The position numbers were made by a program, and so were the translations under genes. The notes below the pieces were generated by a model, which saw only the letters and a list, made by a program, of their open reading frames with translations, made no database searches and had not been told where the DNA came from. A DNA stretch of 63,452 bases, filler included, from Chrysochromulina tobinii (lineage: Eukaryota): NCBI GenBank assembly GCA_001275005.1. It is 4 parts of 4 records of this genome, joined end to end, with 100 filler letters (N's around TTAATTAATTAA, not from the genome) between each part and the next. Parts side by side here need not be neighbours in the genome. Positions count along the whole stretch, not along the records: positions 34,855 to 48,473 come from JWZX01001358.1; positions 48,574 to 63,452 come from JWZX01001361.1; 2 more parts are not named here. One strand, written 5' to 3'. This document shows positions 44,256-56,482 of the stretch, piece by piece. Each line of letters opens with the position of its first letter. The first letter of the stretch is position 1.

Positions 44256-44834
44256 TTAAGGCGGAGGCAGCGCCACCTGAATGAGTGTCAATTCATACTG
44301 CAACTTCTCGTTCGGTGGCACCAGGTACTCGACTGAGCCGTCCTTGGTCTCGACCTTGACGCCCTTTTCGCCGTACGCGAGATTAGCCGGCACCTGGATG
44401 ATGCGCGTGGACCCTTGCTCCATCGTCTCGAGTGCCTCCTCCCAGCCGGGCAGCAGCTGCGGAGGGGTCGCCTTATACTTGGCAGCAAGTGGCTTGCGCC
44501 CAGGGCCCTCGGAAGAGTCAAACATCTGCCCGTTGGACAGGTAGGCCTTGTACTTGATTTTCACCAGATCGCCCGCTTGCGGCACGCACGGGTTAAACGG
44601 GCTGCACGAGCCGGGCACCTTGTCAAAGTACTTCACACCGCCAGGAGTGACGCCGACCTTGTTCTTGGGCACAACCTTGTCCTCCGCGAGCACTGGGGCA
44701 GCGGAGACGGCAGCGAAGGCAGCGAAAGCATTCCCGACCACAGCGCGGCGCGATTGGCACGATTGCGAAGGCGTCTGCGGCTGCAGCGCCGCGATGGCCC
44801 ATAGAGGAAAGAACAAGACCGGAAGAGGCACCAT
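44256..44834 (-). CDS. FKBP-type peptidyl-prolyl isomerase, probably plastid (thylakoid lumen) targeted
   Basis: Signal peptide plus SRRAVV...AVSAAPVLA; GVKYFD, GQMFDSS, LLPGWEEAL, VPANLAYGEKG, VPPNEKLQYEL. Confidence 0.9.
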   Translation of the reverse strand: MVPLPVLFFPLWAIAALQPQTPSQSCQSRRAVVGNAFAAFAAVSAAPVLAEDKVVPKNKVGVTPGGVKYFDKVPGSCSPFNPCVPQAGDLVKIKYKAYLSNGQMFDSSEGPGRKPLAAKYKATPPQLLPGWEEALETMEQGSTRIIQVPANLAYGEKGVKVETKDGSVEYLVPPNEKLQYELTLIQVALPPP

Positions 44835-45001
44835 TTGTTGTAGAATCTCGCCTCTCGGCGCTTCGGCAATTCGAGCCGCCCGACAGGACGCGAGCGCTGA
44901 AGCACAACCCTGCTTTACAGCACATGTACAATCACGGGACTACGACTCACAGACGACCCAACGCTTCCATCGAGCCCCCATCTCTCGTTCATCCTGAGTC
45001 C

Positions 45002-45840
45002 TCATCCGGGCTGAGCCTTGGTGTCGGGCTCCTTCCATGCCACGTCCAATCCAGATCGCACCTCGCGCAGCGCCGTGAGTGCCTCGCGCCATTCGCTACC
45101 GTTCTCCTCGGCGGCGCCGTTCCCAAACACCTCGAGGCACTTGAGGCCCGGTGCGCCGCCATCGCGCAGCGCCTCAGTCAGTGCCGCCAGGTGGGCAGGC
45201 TCGTCCAAGCCGCACGCGCCGATGTCGAGGGTGTGCAGGGACGGTGCGGCCACACGTAGCGCGTCGGCCAGTCGTCGGCCGCCGTCGCGCGCCTCTCCGC
45301 CCACTGCCGGATTATCAAAGAGGGAGAGGGTGAGGAGGGGTGCACCGAGGCGCACTAGCGCCGCGGCGCCGGCCACACCGAGCCGATTCGAGCGCGCATC
45401 GAGCTCGGTCAAGGAGCTCCAAGACGCCGTGATGGGCACCTTGGGCGCCGGGATGGGCACGATGGGCGCCGTGGTGGGCGCCATACCGGGCAGCGCGCCT
45501 ACAGCGCCCTCGGAAAGTGGGACGCTTTGGGGCACGCCCCCCAACGCCACGGCGCCCACCACGGCGCCCATGGCGCCCCCCAACGCCACGGCGCCCACCA
45601 CGGCGCCCATGGCGCCCCCCAACGCCACTGCCACCTCATCACGCAGCGCATTCCCCCCGAGGCAGAGCTTGCGCAGCGCTGGCGCAGTCCTGAGCGCCGC
45701 CACGAGCGCCGCCGTGGGCGACTGCTTCGGCGGCAGCGGCGGCGACGGCGGCGGCGGCGGCGTGCTATCGGCCAGTGCCATGCTGGGGAGGGCCGACTCG
45801 ATGGAGGTTGTGGTGAGCGGCGACGTCGTCAGTGACTGCA

Positions 45841-45903
<63 letters not shown>

Positions 45904-46780
45904 GAGCACAAACGGGAGGCGGCGCGAGCGGCGGCGTGACCCAGAGCCCCGGGTTGTTTGCGAGCTGCAGCTCAAGCAAGCAGCCATGCGAGGCGATCGC
46001 CAGCGCGAGCGCCGCGGCGGCGCCCTCGCCCAGCTCGCATGCATGCGCATCTAAGACCGTGAGGGCCGGCAGTGCACCGAGTAGCCGCCCGAGAGCCGCG
46101 CCCAACCCGCCGCTGGGGTCCATTTTGCTTTGACCGATCGACGGATTGGACGCCACGTGGAGCGTGCGGAGCGCGCGCAGGAAGCCGCCGGCGGCGGCGG
46201 CCGTCGCGGTCGTCGCAGCGGTAGTGAGAGCGTCGAGGGCCGTGCCATCCAGAGCGCAATCGCACAGCCCAAGAAATTCGAGCTCAAGGCTGAGGACGCC
46301 TGGGGTAGCGAGCACGCGTGCGCCGGGCACGCCGAGCGGGTTACGGCCGAGCTCGAGGTGGCGCAGCTGCGGGCAATGTCGAAGCAGCCGGCCCAATGCG
46401 TCCGCATCTGGCGCTCCTAGGCCCTTGAGCCCGAGGTCGAGTGTGTGCAGCGCGATGTGGCTGTCGCCCAGCGCGTCGCAGAGCAGGCTCACCCCAGCAC
46501 CTCCGAGGCTCGCGTTCCCAATGGCCAGGTGCCGAATCGCGCACTCGTCACCGCTGGCGAGCAGCGCGCCCAGGGCCTGCAGGCTCACGACGCCGAGAGC
46601 GTGGCCCGAGGCACGAAGCTCTGTGAGCGTTCGGTTGCCGCGCAGCGCCGCGAAAAGCGCCACGCACTCGGCATCGCCGAATGCACGAAACGGCAAGATG
46701 TGCAGGCTTGGTGTCGTGCGTGCCTTGGATATGAGTTCCGCCGCGGGGTTGCCGTCCGCAGAGGGCTTGCCCCAAGCCAT
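45002..46780 (-). CDS. RNI-like leucine-rich repeat protein with Pro/Thr low-complexity inserts
   Basis: LRHLELGRNPLG, LLELQLANNP, LTELDARSNRLG; (GTC)n tract ~45842-45887 and a 42-bp tandem repeat ~45533-45628; start uncertain. Confidence 0.8.
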
Positions 46781-46989
46781 GTGCGCTGCGCTTCCTCTCG
46801 GCCCACTCTCGGCCCCGTCGGCACGCGACGCGACTCGCGACACGCGAAGTCGATGTCAATCAAGAACATAACATGTTCGTGATGAAAGAAGGAAGCTGAA
46901 TGCTGGGTATGTTCGATGTTTACGAGCTTAGCGTGCGTAATTTTCGCGCCTGTCGGCAATGGGCGCCAAGAAACACACTGGCGTCCCTC

Positions 46990-48473
46990 ATGCCGCTCGC
47001 CCAAGTGAGCCTCGCAACCTTCTTAACGTCGAAGCCCGCTAAGGAGAACGCTCGCCCACAGGCGGAGGACAGCGATGAGGACGCTTTTACCACCAAACCG
47101 CCGCCGTCCAGCACGCTTCAGAAGCCATCCGCTGAGCCTCCGGCTGCCTCGCCTGGCGGTGCGGGCCCAAGCGGTGCGACAAAGTCCACAGAGCCAGCTG
47201 CCGCGGACATGGCGGTGCGTACCAAGCCACCACCTGGCTGGACTAAGGTGATGGATTTCGGCAAACTGAAGGGCTATCGCTCACCCGATGGGCGCAAGGC
47301 CATTTCTCTTCCAGCTGCTTGGCGCCTGTACGACGAGCAGCAGCATGCAGGCCCAAGCGGGGCGGGCATAGGTGGTGCAGGTCTAAGCGAGGCGAGCCCA
47401 AGCGGTGCGGGCACTCATCCTCACACAGGCTCCAGCCGCAGCCCCGGCCCAAGCACAGGATGCGACAAAAGCATCTCGAGCCAGGCGGCCGCCAGTAAAC
47501 CTTCGTCCAGCCAAGCAGCCGCATCAGCCACAGCCGCCGCGCCGGCCGGTAAGGCGGCCGCAGCAAGGGAGAAGCGCGGAGCTGGCACTAAGCCACCGGC
47601 TGAGAAAATCAAGCGTGCCAAGGCTGCGCCTCTCTCCGCGCAGCTGCCAGCGGCGCCCACGAAGGGCGCTGACGAGGACCCGCCGCCGGAGCCTCTGCCT
47701 CCCGCCGAGCTCGACGAGGGCTGGCGCGACGAGGGCCACGAGTACCTCGGGCGTCGCGTCGCGCGCACCTTCGAGGGTGGCCTGACGGTGGTCGGCCGGA
47801 TCACGCGTTGGCTGCCCGCCGGCGACGGCGAGGACGAGCCGCCGCTGTTCCATATGAATCACGACGACGGCGACGAGGAAGACCTCGCGGAGTACGAGGT
47901 CATCGACGCCTTCGAGCTCTACAAGACGACGCCCGAGGCGACGAAGCTCGCACAGGCCAAGGCTCGCGCGGAGGCACGGGCGGCAAAGGAAGAGGAGAAA
48001 GCCGTAAAGGCGGAGGCGCGCGCCGCCAAGGCGAGCGAGCGCGCCGCGGCCGCCACGACCGCCGAGGCCAAGGCGGCCGCCGAGGTGGAGGCCAGGGCGG
48101 CACGGCTCGAGGTCAAGGCGTGCCGCGCCGCAGCGCTCGCAGCCAGGGCCGACACGAGCGGTGCCGAAGCGGCGGTCGCGGAAGCACGGGAGGAAGCAAT
48201 GGCGGCCAAGGCTGCGTTTAGCAAGGTGGCGGCGAAGGCGAAGGCCATGGCCGCCTCCGCACGCGAGGCCAAGGCCAAGGCGGCCGAGGAGGCCAAGAAG
48301 AAGCGCGAGGCAGAACGCGGGCCGCGCGGCGCGAAGACCGCTGCCCAGTTCTACACCGAGGCGGAGCGTCTCAAGCTGACAGCGACGCACCCAGGGCTCG
48401 ATGCGCCCGCCATTGCCGAGATGATCAAGGCGCAGTGGAAGGTGCTCGAAGAGGCCGATAAGGCGCCCTACAA
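46990..48473 (+). CDS. Chromatin protein with MBD-like, Tudor-like and HMG-box domains; truncated at gap
   Basis: PPPGWTKV..GYRSPDGRKAISL; YLGRRVARTF..GRITRW..HDDGDEEDL; PRGAKTAAQFY...IKAQWKVLEEADKAPY. Confidence 0.7.
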
Positions 48474-48573
48474 NNNNNNNNNNNNNNNNNNNNNNNNNNN
48501 NNNNNNNNNNNNNNNNNTTAATTAATTAANNNNNNNNNNNNNNNNNNNNNNNNNNNNNNNNNNNNNNNNNNNN
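48474..48573. other. Assembly gap with artificial TTAATTAATTAA linker
   Basis: N run with linker at 48518-48529, followed by a poly-C contig end. Confidence 0.98.
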
Positions 48574-48599
48574 CCCCCCCCCCCCCCCCCCCCCCCCCC

Positions 48600-49226
48600 A
48601 TTCGCACAGATATTGATGTGCACATATCGCGCTTCCGCTTGCGCCAAGGACGCGCCCTGCGCATCCAAACTGCGCTGCGCCGTTTCACTGCCGTCCGCTT
48701 CCTTGCGCGCTGCCGCCTCGCTGCCATCAAGGTGCAGAGCGCCGCCCGCCGGAAGTTCGCGTGGCAAAAGATGCGCAAACGGCGCAAAGCGGCTGCAATC
48801 ATTGGCCGAATGGCCAAGGGCGTGAAGCCGCGCCGGCAGGCACAGCTGCGGCGAAAGGCAGCAACGGTCATCGGGCGCGTGGCGCGTGGGCGCGTGACGC
48901 GCTTGATGATCCTCCGCATGCGTTCGATGGTGGTTGCGGCGCCGTCCCTGCCACGCATGGGCTCTATGGCCAGCTTTGGCTCTTTGAAGGCCATCGGCTC
49001 TGTGAAGGCCCTCGGCTCGTTGAAGAGCTTCCGCGAGCGACGCTCGAGCACGGTTGGCAGCTTCTTCGGCACACAGCACACCATCACAGCACCGGCCACG
49101 GGATCATTCACAGCAACGACCAAGAGCGCGTCCCAGTTCCATCAACGCCCGATGTCTCGCGCCAACACCGTGCCCGTCCGCGGCGAGCGCAGGCAAGACC
49201 GGTCACGGGCGTGCATCATCTCCTAA
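48600..49226 (+). CDS. C-terminal fragment of an IQ-motif protein
   Basis: ALRIQTALRR, AAIKVQSAARR, AAIIGRMAKG, ATVIGRVARG. Confidence 0.55.
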   Translation: MRTDIDVHISRFRLRQGRALRIQTALRRFTAVRFLARCRLAAIKVQSAARRKFAWQKMRKRRKAAAIIGRMAKGVKPRRQAQLRRKAATVIGRVARGRVTRLMILRMRSMVVAAPSLPRMGSMASFGSLKAIGSVKALGSLKSFRERRSSTVGSFFGTQHTITAPATGSFTATTKSASQFHQRPMSRANTVPVRGERRQDRSRACIIS

Positions 49227-49688
49227 CGGGCGGTCGAGAGCATGCGCGCGCGCCAACAGCAACCGCGTCGCCGAGGGTGCATCATGTCGTGTGAGAAGCG
49301 ATCGATGCCGAATCAATTGTGCCTGAATGAGGTTGAGGAGCATGATGATGAAATGGTCGTGTCACGTGTCAGTGGGCGCGCGGGTGTGTTGCCGCCGCAG
49401 CCCGCACCCCGCGAGCTCCCCCGCGCGCCGCGCCCCTTTCCGCTTTCGGATCTTTCGGATCAGCGATATACTGCCAGGAGAACATGTATGCATTATCATG
49501 TCCATAACACGTGTGTGTCGCGAATACCGGGTTTTGGAGGTTTTTCCCTTGCCCAAACTACGCGCGGCTTTTGGCTGTGAATGAACATAGTGTGAAGCTA
49601 CCCAAGTTCCTGCCCTCGAACTTCTCGTCGAAGTGAGGAAGGTCTGAGAGCTTCACCGAGAAAGCCGCTTGCAGAATCCAATAGGCAT

Positions 49689-52169
49689 ATGGACGACGAT
49701 ACAACCGACGTCGTCTCCTTCACGTCATCACAGCTCAACGATAGCCCGACTGTGCGTGCTGAGCTACGCGGCCAGCTCCAGCGCCTGAAGCTCGTCGAGG
49801 CCAACGTCCAGGCCTTCTCAGCATCTATCGAGAAGTTGCATGCGGCGCTCGGCTCGACAGTGATGGACGCATCCAACGTTGGCGCGCTGCTGAGCAGCAG
49901 CGAGCAGTCGCAGTTCGACTTCCAGAATGTGTTCGTCCAAATGAGCGACTTTGCCGAGAACTTGCAGCAGCAACTTACGCAATCACTCGAGCCGCTTACC
50001 GAGTACAAAGCATCCATCGCGGCGGCTGCTCGCGCGGCGCGCAGCTTCGACGAGGAGTCGGAGGCGCTCGACAGCGTTCATCACAGGTACCTCTCGCTTT
50101 CGCGCGACTCGCCAATGGAGACGCGCGCGACGGCGCACTCGGACCTCTGCGACAAGGCCGCAGGCGTGGCGCTTTCCCTCTTCGACGCGAAGGCGGCGCT
50201 GCGCGACGGTTGCGCGGCGCAGCGCGTGGTACCGCAGCGCGCGCTTTGCGAGGTCCTCGTCGCGCAGCTCGCCTACCATCAGTCGTGCACGCGTCTGCTC
50301 TCCTCGATCATGCCGCAGGTGAGCGCCGTGATGACGTCGACGGACGCCACCACGGCAGCTCTCGCGGAGGCCCGTCAGGCCGACGTGGCGCAGCGCGCGG
50401 CCATGCCGCGGCCACAGGTGCGCGAGGGCACCACGCTTGCCGAGGGATGGCTCTACAAGGGATCCTTCAACCTGACGAGCGATGGCGCGGGCGCTGGGTT
50501 GAAGGAGCAGCTCAAGCCGTGGAACAAGCGTTGGTTCATCTTGTGCGACAATGGCAAGCTCTACTATTACAAGTCGCCCGAGGACGGGCGTCAGGCAAAG
50601 GTGCCGATTGATATGAACCTATTCTCGACGGTCACCGCGGACCACGGTCCTCTTGAATTCGAACTGCGCGCGGGAAAGCGCACGCTGCGCCTCAAGGCGG
50701 TCGAACAGACGGACAAGCAACGATGGATGGCGGCGCTCCAGAGCTACCTGGACGCGCACCAGGCGGAGCGGCAGGCAGCGACGCTTGCCAACCAGAAGCG
50801 CTTCCAGCCGGTGGGCACCGGCATCCGCGACCTCGACCAGAGGGCGCAGATGCACCAGCGGACGGAGCACGAAGGCTTTCTCTATCGACAGGACGCGGAC
50901 CTGATGCGGCGATGGCGCAAGTGGTGGTGCGTCGTGAGCGACGGAGAGATGGTGTGCACTCTCTTCGAGTCACTGCGCGTGAGCGACCTGTCGATGGTGA
51001 GCAAAGGGCGCCCCGACAGAGGGAGCCGAGAGCACGCGAGCAGCAGTCCTTTCGAGACACTCGCCGAGACGATCGATCCGGTGCCCTCCAAGGCATCCTC
51101 GTCGGTCACCCTGTCTCTCGCCACCGTGAGTGTGCGGGAGGCGCGCCAGCTCAACGTGCCATACGTCTTTGAGGTCATCTCACCGCAGCACACGGTGGCG
51201 CTGCAGGCGCAGTCGTCCGAAGAGTTAGCGCTCTGGATGGAGGTGATCCAGAACGCGACCGCTTCGAGTCTCGGCTGCGTGATGCGTACGTCGTCCTCGG
51301 CCTCCTCAGGCGACAACCCGATCTTTGCCAAGGTCCGCCTCGCCGGGGGCAACGGCCAGTGCGCCGACTGCGGTGCGCCGAACCCGTCTTGGGCCTCGAT
51401 CAACTTGGGAGCGATCGTGTGCCTCGCGTGCGCCGGCGTGCACCGCCAGATGGGCGTGCATATCTCCAAGTGTCGCTCGCTCGAGCTCGATGTGAAGGAA
51501 TGGTCCGAGCCGCTCATCATGATGATGACGGCTCTGGGCAATACGACCGTCAATGCGGTCTGGCAGCCGGCGCTCGTCGAAGTGCCGCTCGCGGGCGCCG
51601 ATGCGACCGCCGCGCAGCGCGAGGCCCACCTCCGCAAAAAGTACGAGAGCCGGGCATACCTCGCTCGCCTCCCTAGCGGCGAGGAGCTTCGGCCGCCCGC
51701 CTACGCGCTCCATTTAGCGGCACTGCGCGACGACGTGCGGATGGTCGCCACGTGCTTAGCGCATCGTCTCGACGTGGACGCAGTCGCGCCCACGACGGCG
51801 CTGGGCGAGTGGACGGAGGCGATGGCGGATGAGCATGTGGGGCGGATGGCGGTGCACGTGGCCGCGGCCGCTGGCTCGACGCTCGCCCTCGAGCTGCTGC
51901 TGCAGAACCTATCCACCTCCGCGGCTGGTATCGACGCGCGGGACGTGCTCGGCAAGTCGGCGATGATGGTCGCGGTCGAGAAGGGTCAAGCCAACTGCGT
52001 GCAGCAGCTGCTCACGCGCGGCGCCAACATCTCGCATGCCGACCATCAGCGGCAGACGCCCATGACTGCGGCCGCCGAGCGCGGCTTGCATGCGATCTCG
52101 GAGGCGATGCTCCAGTACAAGTTAGCGCAGGACGAGAAGCTGCTCCGGCAGAGCCTCGACTTGGGATGA
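49689..52169 (+). CDS. ACAP/AGD-like ArfGAP: BAR, two PH domains, ArfGAP, ankyrin repeats
   Basis: EGWLYK..WNKRWFIL; EGFLYRQ..WRKWW; CADCGAPNPSWASINLGAIVCLACAGVHR; GKSAMMVAVEKGQ..LLTRGAN. Confidence 0.92.
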   Translation: MDDDTTDVVSFTSSQLNDSPTVRAELRGQLQRLKLVEANVQAFSASIEKLHAALGSTVMDASNVGALLSSSEQSQFDFQNVFVQMSDFAENLQQQLTQSLEPLTEYKASIAAAARAARSFDEESEALDSVHHRYLSLSRDSPMETRATAHSDLCDKAAGVALSLFDAKAALRDGCAAQRVVPQRALCEVLVAQLAYHQSCTRLLSSIMPQVSAVMTSTDATTAALAEARQADVAQRAAMPRPQVREGTTLAEGWLYKGSFNLTSDGAGAGLKEQLKPWNKRWFILCDNGKLYYYKSPEDGRQAKVPIDMNLFSTVTADHGPLEFELRAGKRTLRLKAVEQTDKQRWMAALQSYLDAHQAERQAATLANQKRFQPVGTGIRDLDQRAQMHQRTEHEGFLYRQDADLMRRWRKWWCVVSDGEMVCTLFESLRVSDLSMVSKGRPDRGSREHASSSPFETLAETIDPVPSKASSSVTLSLATVSVREARQLNVPYVFEVISPQHTVALQAQSSEELALWMEVIQNATASSLGCVMRTSSSASSGDNPIFAKVRLAGGNGQCADCGAPNPSWASINLGAIVCLACAGVHRQMGVHISKCRSLELDVKEWSEPLIMMMTALGNTTVNAVWQPALVEVPLAGADATAAQREAHLRKKYESRAYLARLPSGEELRPPAYALHLAALRDDVRMVATCLAHRLDVDAVAPTTALGEWTEAMADEHVGRMAVHVAAAAGSTLALELLLQNLSTSAAGIDARDVLGKSAMMVAVEKGQANCVQQLLTRGANISHADHQRQTPMTAAAERGLHAISEAMLQYKLAQDEKLLRQSLDLG

Positions 52170-52921
52170 GAGACGGCGCCTCGAAGCAGGATGAGAGCCG
52201 GCGCCTCGAAGCAGGCAGCGGCCGGCGGCGAAGAGGGGCCGGAGAATACCTGGTCTTGTCAACGCGTGGCCCACCGAAGCCCCCGTGGCCTAAGCTCACA
52301 CGTCCCCCCTGAACCTTGTGTGCGTGTGTGCCCGTCCTCTGCGGTCATGCGCATGTAATGCGCATGCGCGTCTTACGCGCATACCCCCCATGGTTGGCGC
52401 GGGCTCCGCGTCGTTGTTGCGCAAAATGAGCCGGGTGTCTCGCGGCACGTACCGCGTTGCGCGTACCGGGAACCGCCCCCCGCCGCCCCGCCGCCAGTGA
52501 TCGCACACGGATCACGGTGTGCGCGTACGAGTTATGGCTTATGCCTATAATATTAATGCACACACGAGTTAACACGCGAGATATGCCGCGGCGCGTCGGC
52601 GCCCGCCGCGCGCGCGGTCGGTGCGTGTGGACGACTCGGGGTCGGCGGCGCGGCGCGCGCGCGTCCGCGTGTGCCGTGTGCGCGCGCGCCGCCGGCGGCG
52701 GCGGCGCCTCGACGTCCACAGTCACGGACACGGTGTCACGCCGCCGACGAAGCACCCGACGCAGGAACGAGCCGGGGAGACGGCGGAGGACCTAGAGTGC
52801 GACTTGCGACCCGGTCAGCAGTCGTTTCAAACCCGAAAGTTCAATCTTGACATCGAGATCCGGACACAAAACATGTGTGACGATCTGTGTGACCGTGAAC
52901 CAACGCCAGAAAAACGGCACA

Positions 52922-53824
52922 ATGCCAGAACCCTTGGGCAAGTATTCGCACCACGCGTACGCCCACGCGCAGCCCTGGACGAGCTTCAAGGGCAAGCAGG
53001 TCGGACGCAAGGAAATCTCAGCAAGAGAGGTCTTCCGGCCGGGCCACAAGGCCAACCCGGTGCTCGACGGTCCAGAGAATACATCCACAGCGGCCGTCTA
53101 TGGCGGTGGCATCGGCTTTCAGCCCCCGCCGCTAAACGCCGTGGAGCGAGCGCGGCGACAGTTTGGCTCGCACAGCTTGCCAGCGGACGACGCCCTCGGC
53201 CCGGTCGATCTCAACATGGAGCGCCAGATTCTCGCCATGGAGCGTCAGATTGCATCGGCCGCGCCGGTGGTGGTCAAGAAGAAGAAAAAGGACGAGCCGC
53301 CGCCAGACACGCTTCGCTGGGACCCGACGAACAGCGCGCAGAATGGCGCCAGCAAAGGCGGCCTCGCTGCGGCCGCGCGGCGCCGAGCGGCCGCGGCCGA
53401 AGCAGCAGAGGAGGAGGCGCGCGCGCCGTCGGCGGTGGCGGCGGCCGCCTCGCAGCCCATCGCTGTGCGGCCGAGGCTCGAGAAGAAGGACCTCACAGAC
53501 CCGCCGAATCAGCGCACCCACAAGAGCGAGGCAGGGCTGCGACACGAGGAGCAGATGCGTGTGCGTGCCAAACTCGAGGCCGAGGCGCGCGCAGAAGCGG
53601 AGCGCGCCGCCGCGATGCAAGAAAGGTGGGCGGCGGGCGACCACCCGACGCCCGAGTTCCGCCACCCGGTGCTCGAAAGGTTCGGTGCTGACAAAGTGCA
53701 GGCGCTTAGCGACCCACGCGTGATCGCAGCACTACAGGCCAAGCTCAACGAGCCGAACGCTGCCTCTCGCGAGCTCTACAAGATGCGCAACACGCAACGC
53801 GTGAGCGCCGAGCGAAAGTATTGA
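52922..53824 (+). CDS. Hypothetical protein
   Basis: 300 aa from ATG 52922 with coding-like codon use; no motif recognised. Confidence 0.55.
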   Translation: MPEPLGKYSHHAYAHAQPWTSFKGKQVGRKEISAREVFRPGHKANPVLDGPENTSTAAVYGGGIGFQPPPLNAVERARRQFGSHSLPADDALGPVDLNMERQILAMERQIASAAPVVVKKKKKDEPPPDTLRWDPTNSAQNGASKGGLAAAARRRAAAAEAAEEEARAPSAVAAAASQPIAVRPRLEKKDLTDPPNQRTHKSEAGLRHEEQMRVRAKLEAEARAEAERAAAMQERWAAGDHPTPEFRHPVLERFGADKVQALSDPRVIAALQAKLNEPNAASRELYKMRNTQRVSAERKY

Positions 53825-54503
53825 GCATGTTCGAATGGATAGTGACGACGCACAACGTCGTGCGTGGCTATTGGTGTGTGGACCGCCCGGGGCTAGACGC
53901 GGGGGCGCTCGCGAGACGAGGTTCTCATCTCTCGCCGTAAGACGCGCACCGGCGGGTACGCGTACGCGGCAACGGTATCTAGGTGCGTCTCTCGGTACCT
54001 ATGCGTCGCTCCTCGGGGTGCGTAATCCGTAAAACTCTCGAGTATCACCTGTTCACCTGCGCGATCAGGGCGCACCTAAGACCTATCGTTCCGACCACAT
54101 ACGAACGGAGATACATGTAAACATGAGTATAACGCGACCACACATGACGATCTCTCACCGACACACAAAGCGAAGCCACTTGCAGACCTCCGGGGTTGTA
54201 CGCGGCGTTGCGGGGGGGTCTTCTAGCTCTCTACGAATAACGAGGGGTCGGTGCGTCTCCATGCACGCGCCAGACCACGATAATGCACCGATGCGCATGC
54301 ACAGTCAGCCACGAAGGCCATCGTCGCCACGAACCATGCATCCATTTGGGTACACGAGCTCCGGCTGCATGAGCTCCGGCTGCTCTCCATGGTGCCTTGA
54401 CGCACGAGAGCCGGAGCTTGGTCCTGCCCCCCCCCGTCGCGAGAGGCGCCCCCCCCCGTGCGAGAGGCACACAACACAGCACACGAGGTAGTCGAGGCCC
54501 TCG

Positions 54504-56309
54504 TCACACGAGCAAGGCGTTGCTCCGCGGCATCGAAAAGCAGCGAGCCTGCGGCGTCACGGAGCGGCTGCAGGAGGCGCGTGGGCTCGTTTCATTGTAG
54601 GTCGCCCCATCGTCGACAGTCGCATACCGGATGAGGTTATGCTCCTTGACCTCGGACATGAGGCCGTCGGGCACCTGCATGGCCGCGCGCGGGTCCTGAT
54701 GGATCACGTTGGCCGAGATAAGGCCGCGTGAGTGTGCGGAGAGGCAGAGGCTCCCGCCATTGCCGTCGCGGATGATATTGCCTGTGATGCGCGACGCGCC
54801 GCCTCGCCCGATGGCGACGCCAGCCATCTGGTTGGCGAAGATGTCGTTGTCGACGACCGATCCCTTGCCGTTCTCACACACGAGCACCCCAGAATCGCGC
54901 CCGTCGTGGATCTTATTGCGCTTGACGAGCGGCGCGCCCTCCTTGAGGATGGCGACGCCTGCCCGCCGGTTGCCGAAAATGTCGTTCTCCTCGATGCGCC
55001 CGCGCCCGCGCTCCGAGACGAGCACCCCCGAGTCCATGCCATCATGGATTTTATTCGCCATCACGAGCGGGTCGCCGCCCGAGAGGATGGCAATGCCCGC
55101 GCGCCCGTTGCATGCAATCACGTTGTCCTCGATGACGCCCTTGGCATTGTCGCACACGAGCACGCCCACTCCCTTGCCATGGTGTACATGGTTATGCAAA
55201 ATGTACCTGCGGCCAGGGCGACGATGGCAGCGAGGACGAGGTGAGCAGGCGAGCGTGCACAAGCGCGGCGGGCTCGCCGCTCACTCAAGTAGTGACCAGG
55301 GCGGCGAAGCGCGCGGCGTCTTTGCAGGGATGGAGGCGGGCACGCCACGCACCCGCACGACTCTGCGCCTTGCACAACGATGCAGTGGCCAGTATCAGAG
55401 GAGACGGAGCACTCCTCCACAATCATCAACGCGCCGCCCTTGACCAGCACAGCGCCCGACATGGCGCTGCCGTCGTTCTGTGCTTTCTGCTCGATGCACA
55501 CGCGCGCAATGCGGCACGCAATCCGGCTGGACGCCTGCGGTGACAAAAGGAGAGGCGACCAGTGCGGGCGTCAGCGTCATGGCGTACGTGCGAGGGCGAG
55601 ACACACGGAAAAGCGAGAGCGCAATCAACATCTCCGTGCGAATGATACGCACCTCGATCGTCGGACCGTCGGTGCCAATGATGGTGCAGCTGCCGTGTGG
55701 TCCTCTGCCGACGACCTCGACAGGCCGTTCGATCCGGAGTCGCTCATGGTACGTGCCAGGCTCGAGCATCACCACGTCGTACGGCTTGGCCCGCGAAAGC
55801 GCGTCATTGATTGTCAGATGGCTCCCGGGCTGCAGACCGCGCGGGTCGACGATGTGCGTCATGTACTTGGGCGATGGCGAGATGGGCACGGATGACATGA
55901 TCTTGAGCGCAAAGCGACGTAGCTTCTGCGTGTGTCCGCCCAGCCGTGTGTTGGGAATTGGCATGTTCGCAGAGGCAATCAGCTGGCGCCAACCGCTTGA
56001 CCACGAGTCGCGCCGCGCGAACTCTTGCTTCCAGTTTTCAGGCTCCCGCAGCGCGTTTGGACGGCGCTGATGGAGGAAGACTGTGCGCCAGATGGACTCG
56101 TCGATCGCATTCTTCAGTGCAGAGGCGCAGGCCTCCAGGCAGCAGAGCTCACGTGCGCCGATCGACGCCTGCTGAAGCACCGTGGTCAGGAGGTCGGTGG
56201 GCAACGCGAGCAAGGAGAAGCCAGAGCTGGGGCACACGTCCATGGGCGTTGCCTCAGCGCGCGACGTCCTACAGCCGGCTGGCAGCGCCCTCAGGCCGCT
56301 CGATAGCAT
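54504..56309 (-). CDS. F-box protein with right-handed beta-helix (CASH/PbH1) repeats, FBXO11-like; introns 55535-55652 and 55207-55352
   Basis: LLALPTDLLTTVL; TINDAL..LEPGTYHE; repeated N.I..N..AGVAI / NKIHDG.DSGVLV; GT-AG introns preserve the frame. Confidence 0.88.
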
Positions 56310-56482
56310 TGCTGATGGCGTTGATGAGAGGATGTTTGATGAATGCGAAGTGCGCCTTCCGAAAAAGACGAAAAAGTAAAAATTGATGACGTCATTCAGT
56401 TTCGTCGCACCGGGTCGGTTCCTCACCCCTCGGTCAACACAAGTACTGATGACTAGCGGGCCCGGGCGACATCTGCGAACGG

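Noticed and set aside
45533..45890. Tandem repeats as a CRISPR-like array (also 1237-1310, 17335-17393, 37295-37378)
   Set aside because: In-frame coding repeats without unique spacers; eukaryotic context with no cas genes
48574..48599. Poly-C tract
   Set aside because: At a contig end; probably the cause of the assembly break and of unreliable length
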